The notes beneath the pieces were generated by a model. That model did not search any database. It had not been told where the DNA came from and worked only from the letters and a program-made list of their open reading frames with translations. From assembly GCA_041750655.1 (NCBI GenBank), contig JBGSYZ010000017.1, positions 4,142 to 68,141 on the forward strand: 64,000 nt of DNA, given 5' to 3'. Made by a program: the position numbers and the translations under genes. The stretch's first letter is position 1; every line of letters begins with the position of its first letter. Of this stretch, positions 19,345-30,240 are shown one piece after another. Source of the stretch: Minisyncoccia bacterium. Its GTDB lineage: Bacteria; Patescibacteriota; Minisyncoccia; Phycocordibacterales; UBA918.

Positions 19345-19620
19345 GCGCCAGAAACGTGCCCTGAGCCAGGGCGCAGTCATGTCGCACGGAGCGAAGCGAG
19401 TACGACAGACGAGCCGGGGTCGCGAGTACTTACTAGAATTGGAGCTTTGCGAATAATTATAGTTAGTAACTCGTGACGCTCAGGCTTTCTAGTATAAGAC
19501 TTGCGCCAGAAACGTGCCCTGAGCCAAGGCGGAGCGATGCCGGAGGCAAGCGAGCCGAAGTCGCGGATACTTAATAAAATTAGAGTAAACGAATAATTAT
19601 ATTTAGTAATCTGTGACGCT
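19345..19620 (+). repeat. Two tandem direct repeats of roughly 120-135 nt with a period of about 158 nt, non-coding. The units are 19345-19480 and 19503-19620.
   Basis: Both units begin 'GCGCCAGAAACGTGCCCTGAGCCA(G/A)GGCG'. They share '..AAGCGAG..GTCGCG..TACTTA..' and end 'CGAATAATTATA(G/T)TTAGTAA(C/T)..GTGACGCT'. There is no ORF. Confidence 0.6.
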
Positions 19621-19639
19621 AAGCAAATACTTGCAATTA

Positions 19640-20010
19640 CGTTATTTCTTTGGTAATTTAGGAATTGGAAGTTCTTCGAACGGTTCTGTTTAAGCAGGCT
19701 AAGAGGGATAATAACCCGGACTGATAGCTAAGACCAGTCACACACACCATGCAGTGCACTAAAGCATGGGTGTAATCGTGAGGCCATTAGGCCATTTCTG
19801 TGGTTGGATACACGAGTCGAAGCTTCGGGTGCGTGTCTTACATGCGTGACGCAAAGCGCATGATGTGAATACGGATGATTGCTTGCAAGACATCTGTACT
19901 ACCTAAGGTGATTAAGAAAGCACGCGGCTTTCGAGGTTGCACTAGAAGACATTAGCGCGATAGGGGTTCTTCCACGCCCAGCAACTTCGGTTGCTGGGCT
20001 TTTCTTTTTT
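19640..20010 (+). ncRNA. Candidate structured non-coding RNA of about 370 nt ending in an intrinsic terminator. Family unknown.
   Basis: No ORF of 60 aa or more is present. Several well-formed hairpins occur, including 'CCATGCagtgcactaaaGCATGG', 'ACACGagtcgaagcttcgggtgCGTGT' and 'ACATGCGtgacgcaaagCGCATG'. The 3' end is 'GCCCAGCAACttcgGTTGCTGGGCTTTTCTTTTTT' (19976-20010). Confidence 0.4.
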
Positions 20011-20127
20011 ATCTTTTTTATAAAATATTAACTTAAGTTGAAAACACCACACTTTTAACCCACGAAACTGGTTATATACCAGCTTTTTTTATTGGTAAAT
20101 CAGCGTTATACTCAACTTTACGCCTTT

Positions 20128-21690
20128 ATGGAGGAGGATTCGCATTTACTAGAATACGCGCGCCGACCTGATTTTAAGGTTGGTCGAGCGACTGAGCTCT
20201 CGGGTAAAAACCGAGCCTTTTATCGTATGATGGAAATCCTACCTGGAGTGGCTTCTTGGGCGACTCTGATTGGGGTTATTCTCCTGTCTATTTATGCCCC
20301 CTTTGTGGCTGCGTACTTTGTTATCGCGTTTGCTATCTACTGGCTTCTTAAGACCGCTTTCCTGACTTTCCATCTCCGTTACAACTGGAAGCGGATGCGA
20401 CATCACATGAAGCTTGATTGGGGACAAATGATTGAGCGCTTTGAATATGGTCACTTATACCATATGGTGATTTTGCCGTACTATAAAGAACCCGAGTCAG
20501 TTATAGACGCCACTCTTACTTCTTTGGCCCACTCTAATTACGACAAAAAAAGTCTGATAGTGGTTTTGGCGTCTGAAGAACGAGCTGGAGAAGAAGCTCA
20601 ACAAATCGCTAAGACCATGAAACATAAATGGAATGATACCTTTGGTTCGTTCCTAGTGACTACTCATCCTCAAGATGTTCCGGGCGAAATGGCTGGTAAA
20701 GGTTCCAATGCTACGTACGCGGCCGAGCAAGCTAGAAAGGAGGTGCTTGATCCGCATGGTATTCGTTACAATCACACTCTGGTTTCTATTTTTGATATCG
20801 ACACTGTTTTGTACCCAGATTATTTCAACTGTTTGGTCTGGCACTTTATGACTGCCGAGCGTCCACTCAAAAGTTCGTTCCAACCAGTACCTGTGTTCAA
20901 CAACAACATTTGGGAAGCACCAGCCATCGCTCGAGTGGTAGCGATGAGTAGTACGTTTTGGGAGATGGTGCAACAAGAGCGTCCGGAACGGATGGCCACC
21001 TTTTCATCGCACTCAGTGAGTTTCCAAGCGTTGTACGAAGTAGGGTATTGGCAGAGCAATATGGTGAGTGAAGATTCTCGTATTTACTGGAACCTTCTTT
21101 TGGCCAATAATGGCGAATACGACGTGATTCCGCTTTCATACCCAGTGTCTATGGATGCCAACGCGGCTCCAACTCTGTGGGGTACGGTCAAAAATATTTA
21201 CCGTCAGCATCGTCGTTGGACCTATGGAGTCGAGAACTTTGTATACATTGTGTATCACTTCACCAAGAACAAAAAAATCCCATTGCGTCGCCGAATAGCT
21301 ATTACACTTCAGCAAGCAGAAGGGTACTGGAGTTTAGTGACCAATCCAATCATGCTTTTTATTTTAGGATGGGCTCCAATCTTTCTTGGTAGTCAGGAAT
21401 TTCATCAAACCGTATTGTCGTATAATTTACCAATCATGGTTCGTGATCTTTTGACACTTGCTATGTTTGGTTTGGTAGTGTCTTCGATTATTTCACTCAC
21501 CCTTATTCCACCTCGACCAAACCATAAAAGTCGTTTCATTTATTTGGTTATGGCATTGCAATGGATTTTGGTGCCAGTGACCATGATTATCTTCAGTGCC
21601 ATTCCGGGACTTGATGCTCAAACCAGACTGATGTTTGGTAAATATATGGGCTTCTGGGTAACGCCAAAAGCTAGAATAGATAGTAAATAA
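20128..21690 (+). CDS. Integral-membrane family-2 glycosyltransferase, processive type (cellulose/chitin/hyaluronan-synthase-like). The first ATG is used. The longest ORF starts at TTG 20092.
   Basis: Multiple TM helices flank a cytoplasmic GT-A domain. The domain carries D/DxD motifs ('IFDIDT') and the 'QHRRW' (QxxRW) signature. Confidence 0.7.
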   Translation: MEEDSHLLEYARRPDFKVGRATELSGKNRAFYRMMEILPGVASWATLIGVILLSIYAPFVAAYFVIAFAIYWLLKTAFLTFHLRYNWKRMRHHMKLDWGQMIERFEYGHLYHMVILPYYKEPESVIDATLTSLAHSNYDKKSLIVVLASEERAGEEAQQIAKTMKHKWNDTFGSFLVTTHPQDVPGEMAGKGSNATYAAEQARKEVLDPHGIRYNHTLVSIFDIDTVLYPDYFNCLVWHFMTAERPLKSSFQPVPVFNNNIWEAPAIARVVAMSSTFWEMVQQERPERMATFSSHSVSFQALYEVGYWQSNMVSEDSRIYWNLLLANNGEYDVIPLSYPVSMDANAAPTLWGTVKNIYRQHRRWTYGVENFVYIVYHFTKNKKIPLRRRIAITLQQAEGYWSLVTNPIMLFILGWAPIFLGSQEFHQTVLSYNLPIMVRDLLTLAMFGLVVSSIISLTLIPPRPNHKSRFIYLVMALQWILVPVTMIIFSAIPGLDAQTRLMFGKYMGFWVTPKARIDSK

Positions 21691-21691
21691 T

Positions 21692-22852
21692 ATGCCAGCT
21701 GAACCACAGATAAAACCATTAGCATACAAGAAACGAAAATGGTTTTTTCGAGTGCTTATCTTGACCTTTGCGGTCATTATGCCGTTGGTGGTTTTTTATG
21801 CGACCGGCTACCGTTTTGATTTTTCCAAAGTATCTCCAAACATTATCAGTACTGGAGGAATGTATATTAGTGTGCCCGTTGATGGTGCTGATATTTATAT
21901 AAATGAAGAGCTGGTACGGGATATTCGAGTATTTCGCAGAGCCTCGTATATCGAAAATTTAAACGCAGGTATTCATCGGGTGCACGTACAAAGCGAAGGT
22001 TTACAAACGTGGGTGAAGGAGCTTCCGGTGCAATCACATATTGTGACTGAGGTTCAGTCATTTAATATGCCTGCCGTTCCCCAAATACGACTTATTGGAG
22101 GTTGGATCTCTGGAACAGGTAGACAAGTGTTTCCGAAGGTGGCCACCACCACTATTGCTCAAAAGTTTTCGTTCGCCTCAACCACTGAACAAGTGCTTGC
22201 CTCCACCACTATTGCTACCAGTACACTAACTGCTAATCAGGAGTATGATTTTGTTCGGTCACTTTTCGGTACCAGTACGGAGAGTGAAACGTTGGTCGAT
22301 AGAGTGGTTCAGGAAGTTAATAATGCCTTTGTGTTTACGGAAGGTGCTACTAGTACGGCCACAGCTACACCAACAACGACAGTTATCAATCGAGACATGA
22401 AGCTGTATGAAGATAACGGTGAAGTATATGCTTCTTGGCTGGGTAGAGAGAGTGATATCCCGTATTACTTCTGTGTAAATTACCAGGCAGCTTCAAGCAC
22501 TGTCAGTCAGTATGGTGAACATGTGTACGAGGGGGTGGCTACCGTATTAGCTACTATGCCGATTACTGAAACTCAGAATATTTCCGGTAGAATTTGCCGT
22601 GATACTATTCGGATTGATAGAAAAGGCAAAGAGGTAAAAATGTTTGATTTCTTTCCTAACAGTACTGATTTAGTGTTGCTCCTCTTAGACGATGGTTTAT
22701 ACGTAACCGAGATAGACGATCGGGCGTGGCAAAATGTACAGTTACTATATCCAGGAACAGATATCGACGTTCGGGTTTCGAGTGGTCGAATTTATGTTAA
22801 AGATGATGTTTATCTAATGGAGGTGTTTACTGAGCTGGCGGTCCAACAATAA
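21692..22852 (+). CDS. Membrane-anchored hypothetical protein with a PEGA-like domain
   Basis: An N-terminal TM 'FFRVLILTFAVIMPLVVFYA' is followed by 'YISVPVDGADIYINEELV', which is PEGA-like. The stop/start is adjacent to the GT2 gene. Confidence 0.55.
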   Translation: MPAEPQIKPLAYKKRKWFFRVLILTFAVIMPLVVFYATGYRFDFSKVSPNIISTGGMYISVPVDGADIYINEELVRDIRVFRRASYIENLNAGIHRVHVQSEGLQTWVKELPVQSHIVTEVQSFNMPAVPQIRLIGGWISGTGRQVFPKVATTTIAQKFSFASTTEQVLASTTIATSTLTANQEYDFVRSLFGTSTESETLVDRVVQEVNNAFVFTEGATSTATATPTTTVINRDMKLYEDNGEVYASWLGRESDIPYYFCVNYQAASSTVSQYGEHVYEGVATVLATMPITETQNISGRICRDTIRIDRKGKEVKMFDFFPNSTDLVLLLLDDGLYVTEIDDRAWQNVQLLYPGTDIDVRVSSGRIYVKDDVYLMEVFTELAVQQ

Positions 22853-22871
22853 TTTGTTAGTATAGGTTTTT

Positions 22872-23600
22872 ATGTCAGCCGAAATACCAAAAGGACACAA
22901 ACATCCGCTTACGCGTATGATTGCCGAAATCAATGCTATTTTTGCGGAGATTGGTTTTGTGTTTGCGGAAGGTCCAGAAGTTGAAACCGAACACTATAAT
23001 TTTGATCGGCTGAACGTACCGAAAGATCATCCAAGCCGGGATATGCAGGATACATTTTGGTTTAAGGATAAAGATGTATCTGAGCCAACGGTTCTCCGGA
23101 CTCACACTTCTCCGGTGCAGGCTCGGTACATGGAAAGCCACGAGCCACCAATTCGCGTGATTGTGCCCGGTAAAGCCTTTCGAAACGAAGCTACTGATGC
23201 TACCCACGAAGCCCAGTTTCATCAACTGGAAGGTCTGTATGTCGACAAAGGAGTAAACATGGGACACCTCAAAGGTACTATAGAATATTTTTTTGAAAAA
23301 TTTTTAGGCGGTGACGTAGAAATCCGTTTCCGGCCTGGCTATTTTCCGTTTGTAGAGCCGGGAGTAGAGGTAGATATGAAATTGCTCTCAGGTGATTCAA
23401 AATTGGTTGGAAAATGGATAGAGATAATGGGAGCCGGTATGGTTCACCCCAATGTGCTGTCCGGTTCAGGAATTGACCCCAAAGAATATTCAGGGTTTGC
23501 CTTTGGAATGGGTATTGATCGCTTGGCCGTGATGAAATACGGCATCAATGACATCCGTGATTTGTACACTGGTGACTTACGTTTCGTAAGCCAGTTTTAA
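22872..23600 (+). CDS. pheS: Phenylalanine--tRNA ligase alpha subunit (short form, catalytic core only)
   Basis: Class II motifs 'DHPSRDMQDTFWF', 'LRTHTSPVQ' and 'FRPGYFPFVEPG' are present. The protein is 242 aa. Confidence 0.85.
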   Translation: MSAEIPKGHKHPLTRMIAEINAIFAEIGFVFAEGPEVETEHYNFDRLNVPKDHPSRDMQDTFWFKDKDVSEPTVLRTHTSPVQARYMESHEPPIRVIVPGKAFRNEATDATHEAQFHQLEGLYVDKGVNMGHLKGTIEYFFEKFLGGDVEIRFRPGYFPFVEPGVEVDMKLLSGDSKLVGKWIEIMGAGMVHPNVLSGSGIDPKEYSGFAFGMGIDRLAVMKYGINDIRDLYTGDLRFVSQF

Positions 23601-23608
23601 TTTTTGAT

Positions 23609-25594
23609 ATGAAAGTTTCTTACAATTGGTTAAAAGAATATACTGGTGACACGACTAAAAATGTTGAAGAGGCAGCGGCTCTTTTAGGTGTACATTCTTT
23701 TGAAATTGATGGACTGGAGGTAGGGAAGGATGATTCAGTAATTGATATCGATGTCACTCCGAATCGCGCTTCAGATTGTCTGTGTCATCGCGGTATTGCT
23801 CATGAACTAGCCGCTATCACTAATGTGCCTCTTGTTATAGATTCTTTGGCAGAGACACCCCATCTGACCAGCACAAATGTAATCGAAGTAGATATTGAGG
23901 ACAGCAAAGCGTGTCCGCGCTTTACGGCGTCTCTCATTACCGGAATAGAAATAAAAGAATCACCAGACTGGCTGAAAGATCGTCTCAGGACTATCGGTCA
24001 ACGACCAATTAACAATATTGTCGATGCTACCAATTATGTCATGTTTGCTATGGGGCAGCCGCTGCATGCCTACGATGCTGATTTGTTTCCACAAGTAAAT
24101 GGTACGTGGCGTTTTGGTGTGCGATACGCCACTGAAGGCGAGAGTGTGAGTTTGATTGCTGAAGGTGGTAAGGAGGAAGATAGAATTGTGGAACTGACCG
24201 GGACTGAACTTTTGATTGTCGATAAGTCTTCAAATACACCAATTGGTTTGGCGGGGGTGAAAGGCGGGCGGTTTGCGGGTGTACACGTTGGTACGACTAA
24301 AGTAATCATCGAGGCAGCTCATTTCCATCCGACCATCACCCGCAAAACCGCCCGCCGCCTCGGCATCGTCATCGACGCCAGTAAGCGTTTTGAAAACGAA
24401 CCGCCGCGTGAGTTGCCGCCGTACGCCCAGAGCGACATAATCAAACTAATTTTGGATATTGCTGGTGGGGTCTATGAAGGAACTCATGATACGTATTTAG
24501 AAAAACAGTTGGAAACAAAAGTAGAAATTTCTCCCACTCGAGTTAATGCTCTCTTAGGTTTAGCTTTAGAAACAGACGAAATGCTAGACATACTGAAACG
24601 TCTGGGCTGTCATACAGAGCTGTCAGGTGAGAATATTATTTCGACTGGTCCGTTTGAACGAACTGATCTTAAAATAGAAGAAGACTACATAGAAGAAATA
24701 GGTCGTATTCATGGGTATTCTGATATCAAATCAGTCCTGCCTGAGATTGTTCCACTTACTGAAATAAACAAACGTCATTATTACTCTGAAATTATTCGCG
24801 ATATTTTAGTAAAAGCCGGATTTTCAGAAGTGATAACTTCTTCGTTTCGCAATAAGGACATGGTTCAGCTCATGAATGCCTTAGCGAGTGATAAGAGTTA
24901 TATGCGTTCCAGTCTCAGTAATAGTATCGCTGAAGTTCTGGATAAAAACGCTGGCTTCACCGATTTGCTGGGTACCGTCGACACGAGGGTATTTGAAATC
25001 GGTACAGTTTTTACACCAAAAGACGGCGGAAACATAACCGAACACGTATCACTAGCAATCGGGATTCGTCTTAAGCAAGCTGGCTACTCTGGTAAAGAAG
25101 ACCGACCATTAGATGAGGTATTACGTCTTTTGAGTCAAAAGCTCGGAGTGCCGTTTGGAGCAATTGCCCAAGGTGGGGAAAAGAAAGTCACAGAGGAAGG
25201 AAAAGTGTTTGTATACAAACAGGGTGTGGTAGAAATTAATCTAACGGAACTTCTACGATCATTGCCTGACCCGAAAGAATACGAGTCAGTAGAAGTGGGG
25301 GAAGAAATTGTCTATAAACCTTTTTCAGTGTATCCAGCTATGAGTCGAGACATTGCCTTGTGGACTACCGATGGGACAACAGCGGCCGCTGTCGAAAAAG
25401 TATTAAATGAAAATGCTGGTGAATTGCGTGTACGTACCACTCTCTTTGATGAATTTACCAAAGACGGTAAAACATCGTTTGCGTTTCGACTGGTGTTTCA
25501 AGCGTATGACCGAACTCTGACCGACACTGAAGTTAATGACATTATGAAAAAAATAAACGCCGCAGTTGCGGCGCTTAAATGGGAAGTTAGATAG
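23609..25594 (+). CDS. pheT: Phenylalanine--tRNA ligase beta subunit (short form)
   Basis: 'MKVSYNWLKEY' is the PheT start. The B3/4 and B5 regions are present. It is 661 aa. Confidence 0.85.
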   Translation: MKVSYNWLKEYTGDTTKNVEEAAALLGVHSFEIDGLEVGKDDSVIDIDVTPNRASDCLCHRGIAHELAAITNVPLVIDSLAETPHLTSTNVIEVDIEDSKACPRFTASLITGIEIKESPDWLKDRLRTIGQRPINNIVDATNYVMFAMGQPLHAYDADLFPQVNGTWRFGVRYATEGESVSLIAEGGKEEDRIVELTGTELLIVDKSSNTPIGLAGVKGGRFAGVHVGTTKVIIEAAHFHPTITRKTARRLGIVIDASKRFENEPPRELPPYAQSDIIKLILDIAGGVYEGTHDTYLEKQLETKVEISPTRVNALLGLALETDEMLDILKRLGCHTELSGENIISTGPFERTDLKIEEDYIEEIGRIHGYSDIKSVLPEIVPLTEINKRHYYSEIIRDILVKAGFSEVITSSFRNKDMVQLMNALASDKSYMRSSLSNSIAEVLDKNAGFTDLLGTVDTRVFEIGTVFTPKDGGNITEHVSLAIGIRLKQAGYSGKEDRPLDEVLRLLSQKLGVPFGAIAQGGEKKVTEEGKVFVYKQGVVEINLTELLRSLPDPKEYESVEVGEEIVYKPFSVYPAMSRDIALWTTDGTTAAAVEKVLNENAGELRVRTTLFDEFTKDGKTSFAFRLVFQAYDRTLTDTEVNDIMKKINAAVAALKWEVR

Positions 25595-25681
25595 TGCCGG
25601 GGGCACTATCTAAAGGGTTGCCAGCTGCGCAGCAGCGACAACCCGTACAGCTCCTGTAAGGAGAGGTAGTGCCGGGTAAAG

Positions 25682-25900
25682 CTAAGTAACTTGTTGAAAT
25701 TTCGTCACTGTCAGAGTAATAGTTGGGTCATGAAATTGAGACATGCTAACAATTTCTTGCATAAGTTTCTCTGTGTATAAAACAGGGAACCTTGAAAATT
25801 CAATACAGTAGTCAACCCCAGACTTTTCAAGCTTACAGGAGTAGCCTTCTGTGCCTTCGTCGGTTACGGCATAAATGGCATATAGTATTTGCGATGGCAT
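25682..25900 (-). CDS. Hypothetical small protein (72 aa). The start is taken at the second Met, which has a GGAGG Shine-Dalgarno.
   Basis: The minus-strand sequence 'ATGGAGGAAAAGATGCCATCG' places GGAGG 6 nt before the ATG. No family is recognised. Confidence 0.4.
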   Translation of the reverse strand: MPSQILYAIYAVTDEGTEGYSCKLEKSGVDYCIEFSRFPVLYTEKLMQEIVSMSQFHDPTITLTVTKFQQVT

Positions 25901-26116
25901 CTTTTCCTCCATTTCTATCTACCCGAAATCTATCACTCAGTACTAAAATATACAAGGATATAGCAGCCTAAAACACCCTCTAATTACACCCCAAAATCGC
26001 TAATTTTCCACAGGATTTTAGCCGTATTTACTGCTATAATAGAGGTAATTATGGCAACCATAAATGAATGAATGAGCGCAAGCGATTATCGTGAATTTAG
26101 ATCCCAATTTCTTTAA

Positions 26117-28297
<2,181 letters not shown>

Positions 28298-28423
28298 GCG
28301 CCATTTTTGGCGATTAGCTTCAGGAATTTTCAAAAATTCTCAGTCACGGTAGCGACCTACCGCTTCCTCGCATTTTCTCAATTCCTTCGCTACTCATCCA
28401 AAAATGAAGCTTAGATAAAATTT

Positions 28424-28457
28424 AACCCCGCGCGGAATTCCGCGCGGGGTTTTGGTT
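28424..28457. terminator. Bidirectional intrinsic terminator
   Basis: 'AACCCCGCGCGGAATTCCGCGCGGGGTTTTGGTTT' is preceded by an A-rich run. Confidence 0.8.
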
Positions 28458-28945
28458 TAAAGAAGAGGTACGTCTTGCCAGACATGATAGCCTAGCGTAC
28501 CTCTACCAATGACTTCAATAGGAATTTGATTACCATTGGAATCAAAACCCACAAACACAACTGGCTCTGGTCTTTCGAGTACTCGCACTTGTCCTACAGA
28601 AGGAAGGCGAGAGACTTCAGATACACCACCATCTACCCAGCCGATGTAAAATCTTGCTTGCGGGTTGTTCCGCGGCTGTAAAACTAGGTAATGGTTCCAA
28701 CCAAACGGAGGTGGCAAATGGCGTTTGAGACCACCGGCTGAAGGAGAGTTTTTGTTCCCTTCGCTTAAAACGGCTATTGATTCGTCGTAGTCAAAATTAC
28801 CTTTCCAATTATTCCAGTAATGAGTTCGTTGAGTAGACTCCTGTGGGTGACCAGCGATGATCATGATGAATTTCATTATTGGAATCATCAGGAGATCAGC
28901 TAGCTTTTCGTACCAACGCAGTGGCTGGATGTGAACCTTGGCCAT
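28457..28945 (-). CDS. Hypothetical protein (162 aa), a monocistronic orphan gene
   Basis: A strong SD is present ('AAGGGAGGTCTCC ATG'). The gene is flanked on both sides by bidirectional terminators. No family is recognised. Confidence 0.6.
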   Translation of the reverse strand: MAKVHIQPLRWYEKLADLLMIPIMKFIMIIAGHPQESTQRTHYWNNWKGNFDYDESIAVLSEGNKNSPSAGGLKRHLPPPFGWNHYLVLQPRNNPQARFYIGWVDGGVSEVSRLPSVGQVRVLERPEPVVFVGFDSNGNQIPIEVIGRGTLGYHVWQDVPLL

Positions 28946-29001
28946 GGAGACCTCCCTTCTTTGCTAACTATATTTTACAATAAATAAAAATTATGTCAAA
29001 C

Positions 29002-29034
29002 AAAAGCGGCGGCCCGCAGGGCCGCCGCTTTTGT
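29002..29034. terminator. Bidirectional intrinsic terminator
   Basis: 'AAAAGCGGCGGCCCgcagGGCCGCCGCTTTTG'. Confidence 0.8.
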
Positions 29035-29054
29035 CTTAAATAGTTTTGGAAAAA

Positions 29055-30104
29055 TTAATTGGTCACAGTGACCGACCAAGAGAAGTCATTGTTTGTGGTA
29101 TTGCGATCATTAGCTACTTTTACGTCGCCTTTAATTGATTTTGTACCAGTATCAGTGGTATCAAAACCAAGAACGATAGTGGCAGTTTCGTTTGGTTTAA
29201 GACCGACTTGCTTTGGAGACTCGTACGTAGAACCATTTGGCATATCTACTTCATATGTCCAGTCAGCAGATGTCTTGGTACCGATGTTAGTTACAGAGAA
29301 TTTCAGTGCACCACGAGTATCATTGTCGATAGTGGCCCGAGGAGTGAAAATATTGTTACTACTTAATTCACCGACACCAAGATACGTGGCTTTCAGGTCC
29401 ACAAACCCGTTTGGGTTTGATTTAGGTAGCTCGTAGGTGAATTGATATTGCGGTTTTGGGGCTGGAGCTGGTGTGCTTGGTGTTGTAACCACTGGTTTGT
29501 TTGGAACTGGTGTTTCTGTTTCAGAAACAACCACTTCTTCATTGTTGTCGTTTTTGTCGTCTTCGACACCAGCCACAATACCTCCTTGGGGAATAGTAGC
29601 GTTTACTACGGTGAACTTATCAGAATCAGCCACTGCAATTTCTCGTGCACCTTCATCAGTAAAGGTTACGGTATAAGAAACATCAATAAACCGCAGGGTG
29701 TCAGACTTTACTTGTAGTTGAGTTTCACCTTTACCAGAAAGAGGGAAAGGTTGACCACAGGCAGCCGGAACCATAGAGCCATCCTTACTCTGTACTAGGA
29801 CATCAACTCCATCAGTACATTCATACATAAAGCGGTATTCACCAGGACGATCTACTGTACTCCAACGAAGAGCGAACGTTTCAGCGTTGTTAACAACTGA
29901 TTTACTAGTAACAACTGTGATTTCGTCAGTACTTGGCTTTCCGTAGACACTCTCTGATAAAGAGGCTAGGGAACTAAAAGCACTTGGAGCTAACTGCACT
30001 ACTTGTACAGCCAGCCATACTCCTAAAACGATAGTGGCGGTGAAGCCAATTATTGCTAATGTCTTGATGGCGCTATCTTTACGCTGATTATTTTCTCCGT
30101 TCAT
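29055..30104 (-). CDS. N-terminally membrane-anchored surface protein with a CARDB-like domain and a Pro/Thr-rich linker
   Basis: The TM helix 'TLAIIGFTATIVLGVWLAVQVV' is near the N-terminus. The linker reads 'PVPNKPVVTTPSTPAPAPKP'. C-terminal 'ALKFSVTNIGTKTS...LKPNETATIVLGFD' is CARDB-like. Confidence 0.6.
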   Translation of the reverse strand: MNGENNQRKDSAIKTLAIIGFTATIVLGVWLAVQVVQLAPSAFSSLASLSESVYGKPSTDEITVVTSKSVVNNAETFALRWSTVDRPGEYRFMYECTDGVDVLVQSKDGSMVPAACGQPFPLSGKGETQLQVKSDTLRFIDVSYTVTFTDEGAREIAVADSDKFTVVNATIPQGGIVAGVEDDKNDNNEEVVVSETETPVPNKPVVTTPSTPAPAPKPQYQFTYELPKSNPNGFVDLKATYLGVGELSSNNIFTPRATIDNDTRGALKFSVTNIGTKTSADWTYEVDMPNGSTYESPKQVGLKPNETATIVLGFDTTDTGTKSIKGDVKVANDRNTTNNDFSWSVTVTN

Positions 30105-30200
30105 AATGGCAGGATATTACCATGGTTGATAAATTTGTCAATACACCTCTGTGACCATCAATGCTATAACATCTTTACGAACAGACAATATGGTTAAGTA

Positions 30201-30228
30201 TTGACATTATATTTATATAATGTATAAT
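30201..30228 (+). promoter_or_regulatory. Near-consensus sigma70 promoter for the sortase gene
   Basis: TTGACA, a 16-nt spacer, then TATAAT with TG immediately 5' of the -10. Confidence 0.6.
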
Positions 30229-30240
30229 TGCGCTCACTAT

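Noticed and set aside
19345-19620. Possible CRISPR array or DGR template/variable repeat pair
   Set aside because: There are only two units, each over 110 nt, with no spacer structure, so it is not CRISPR. Differences between copies are not restricted to adenines and no reverse transcriptase gene is nearby, so it is not a DGR.
19640-20010. RNase P RNA, tmRNA or SRP RNA identity for the 370-nt structured RNA (also tested for 53505-53806)
   Set aside because: I could not find the P4 'AGUCCGGG / CCCGGC' pair. The tmRNA tRNA-like T-arm plus CCA end and a tag reading frame are absent. The SRP domain IV 'GGAA...AGCAG' motif is absent. Identity is left open.
25590-25610. Hairpin after pheT as intrinsic terminator
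   Set aside because: The stem is GC-rich but there is no U-tract, so it is not reported as a terminator. The same applies to 31570..31592 and 54332..54359.
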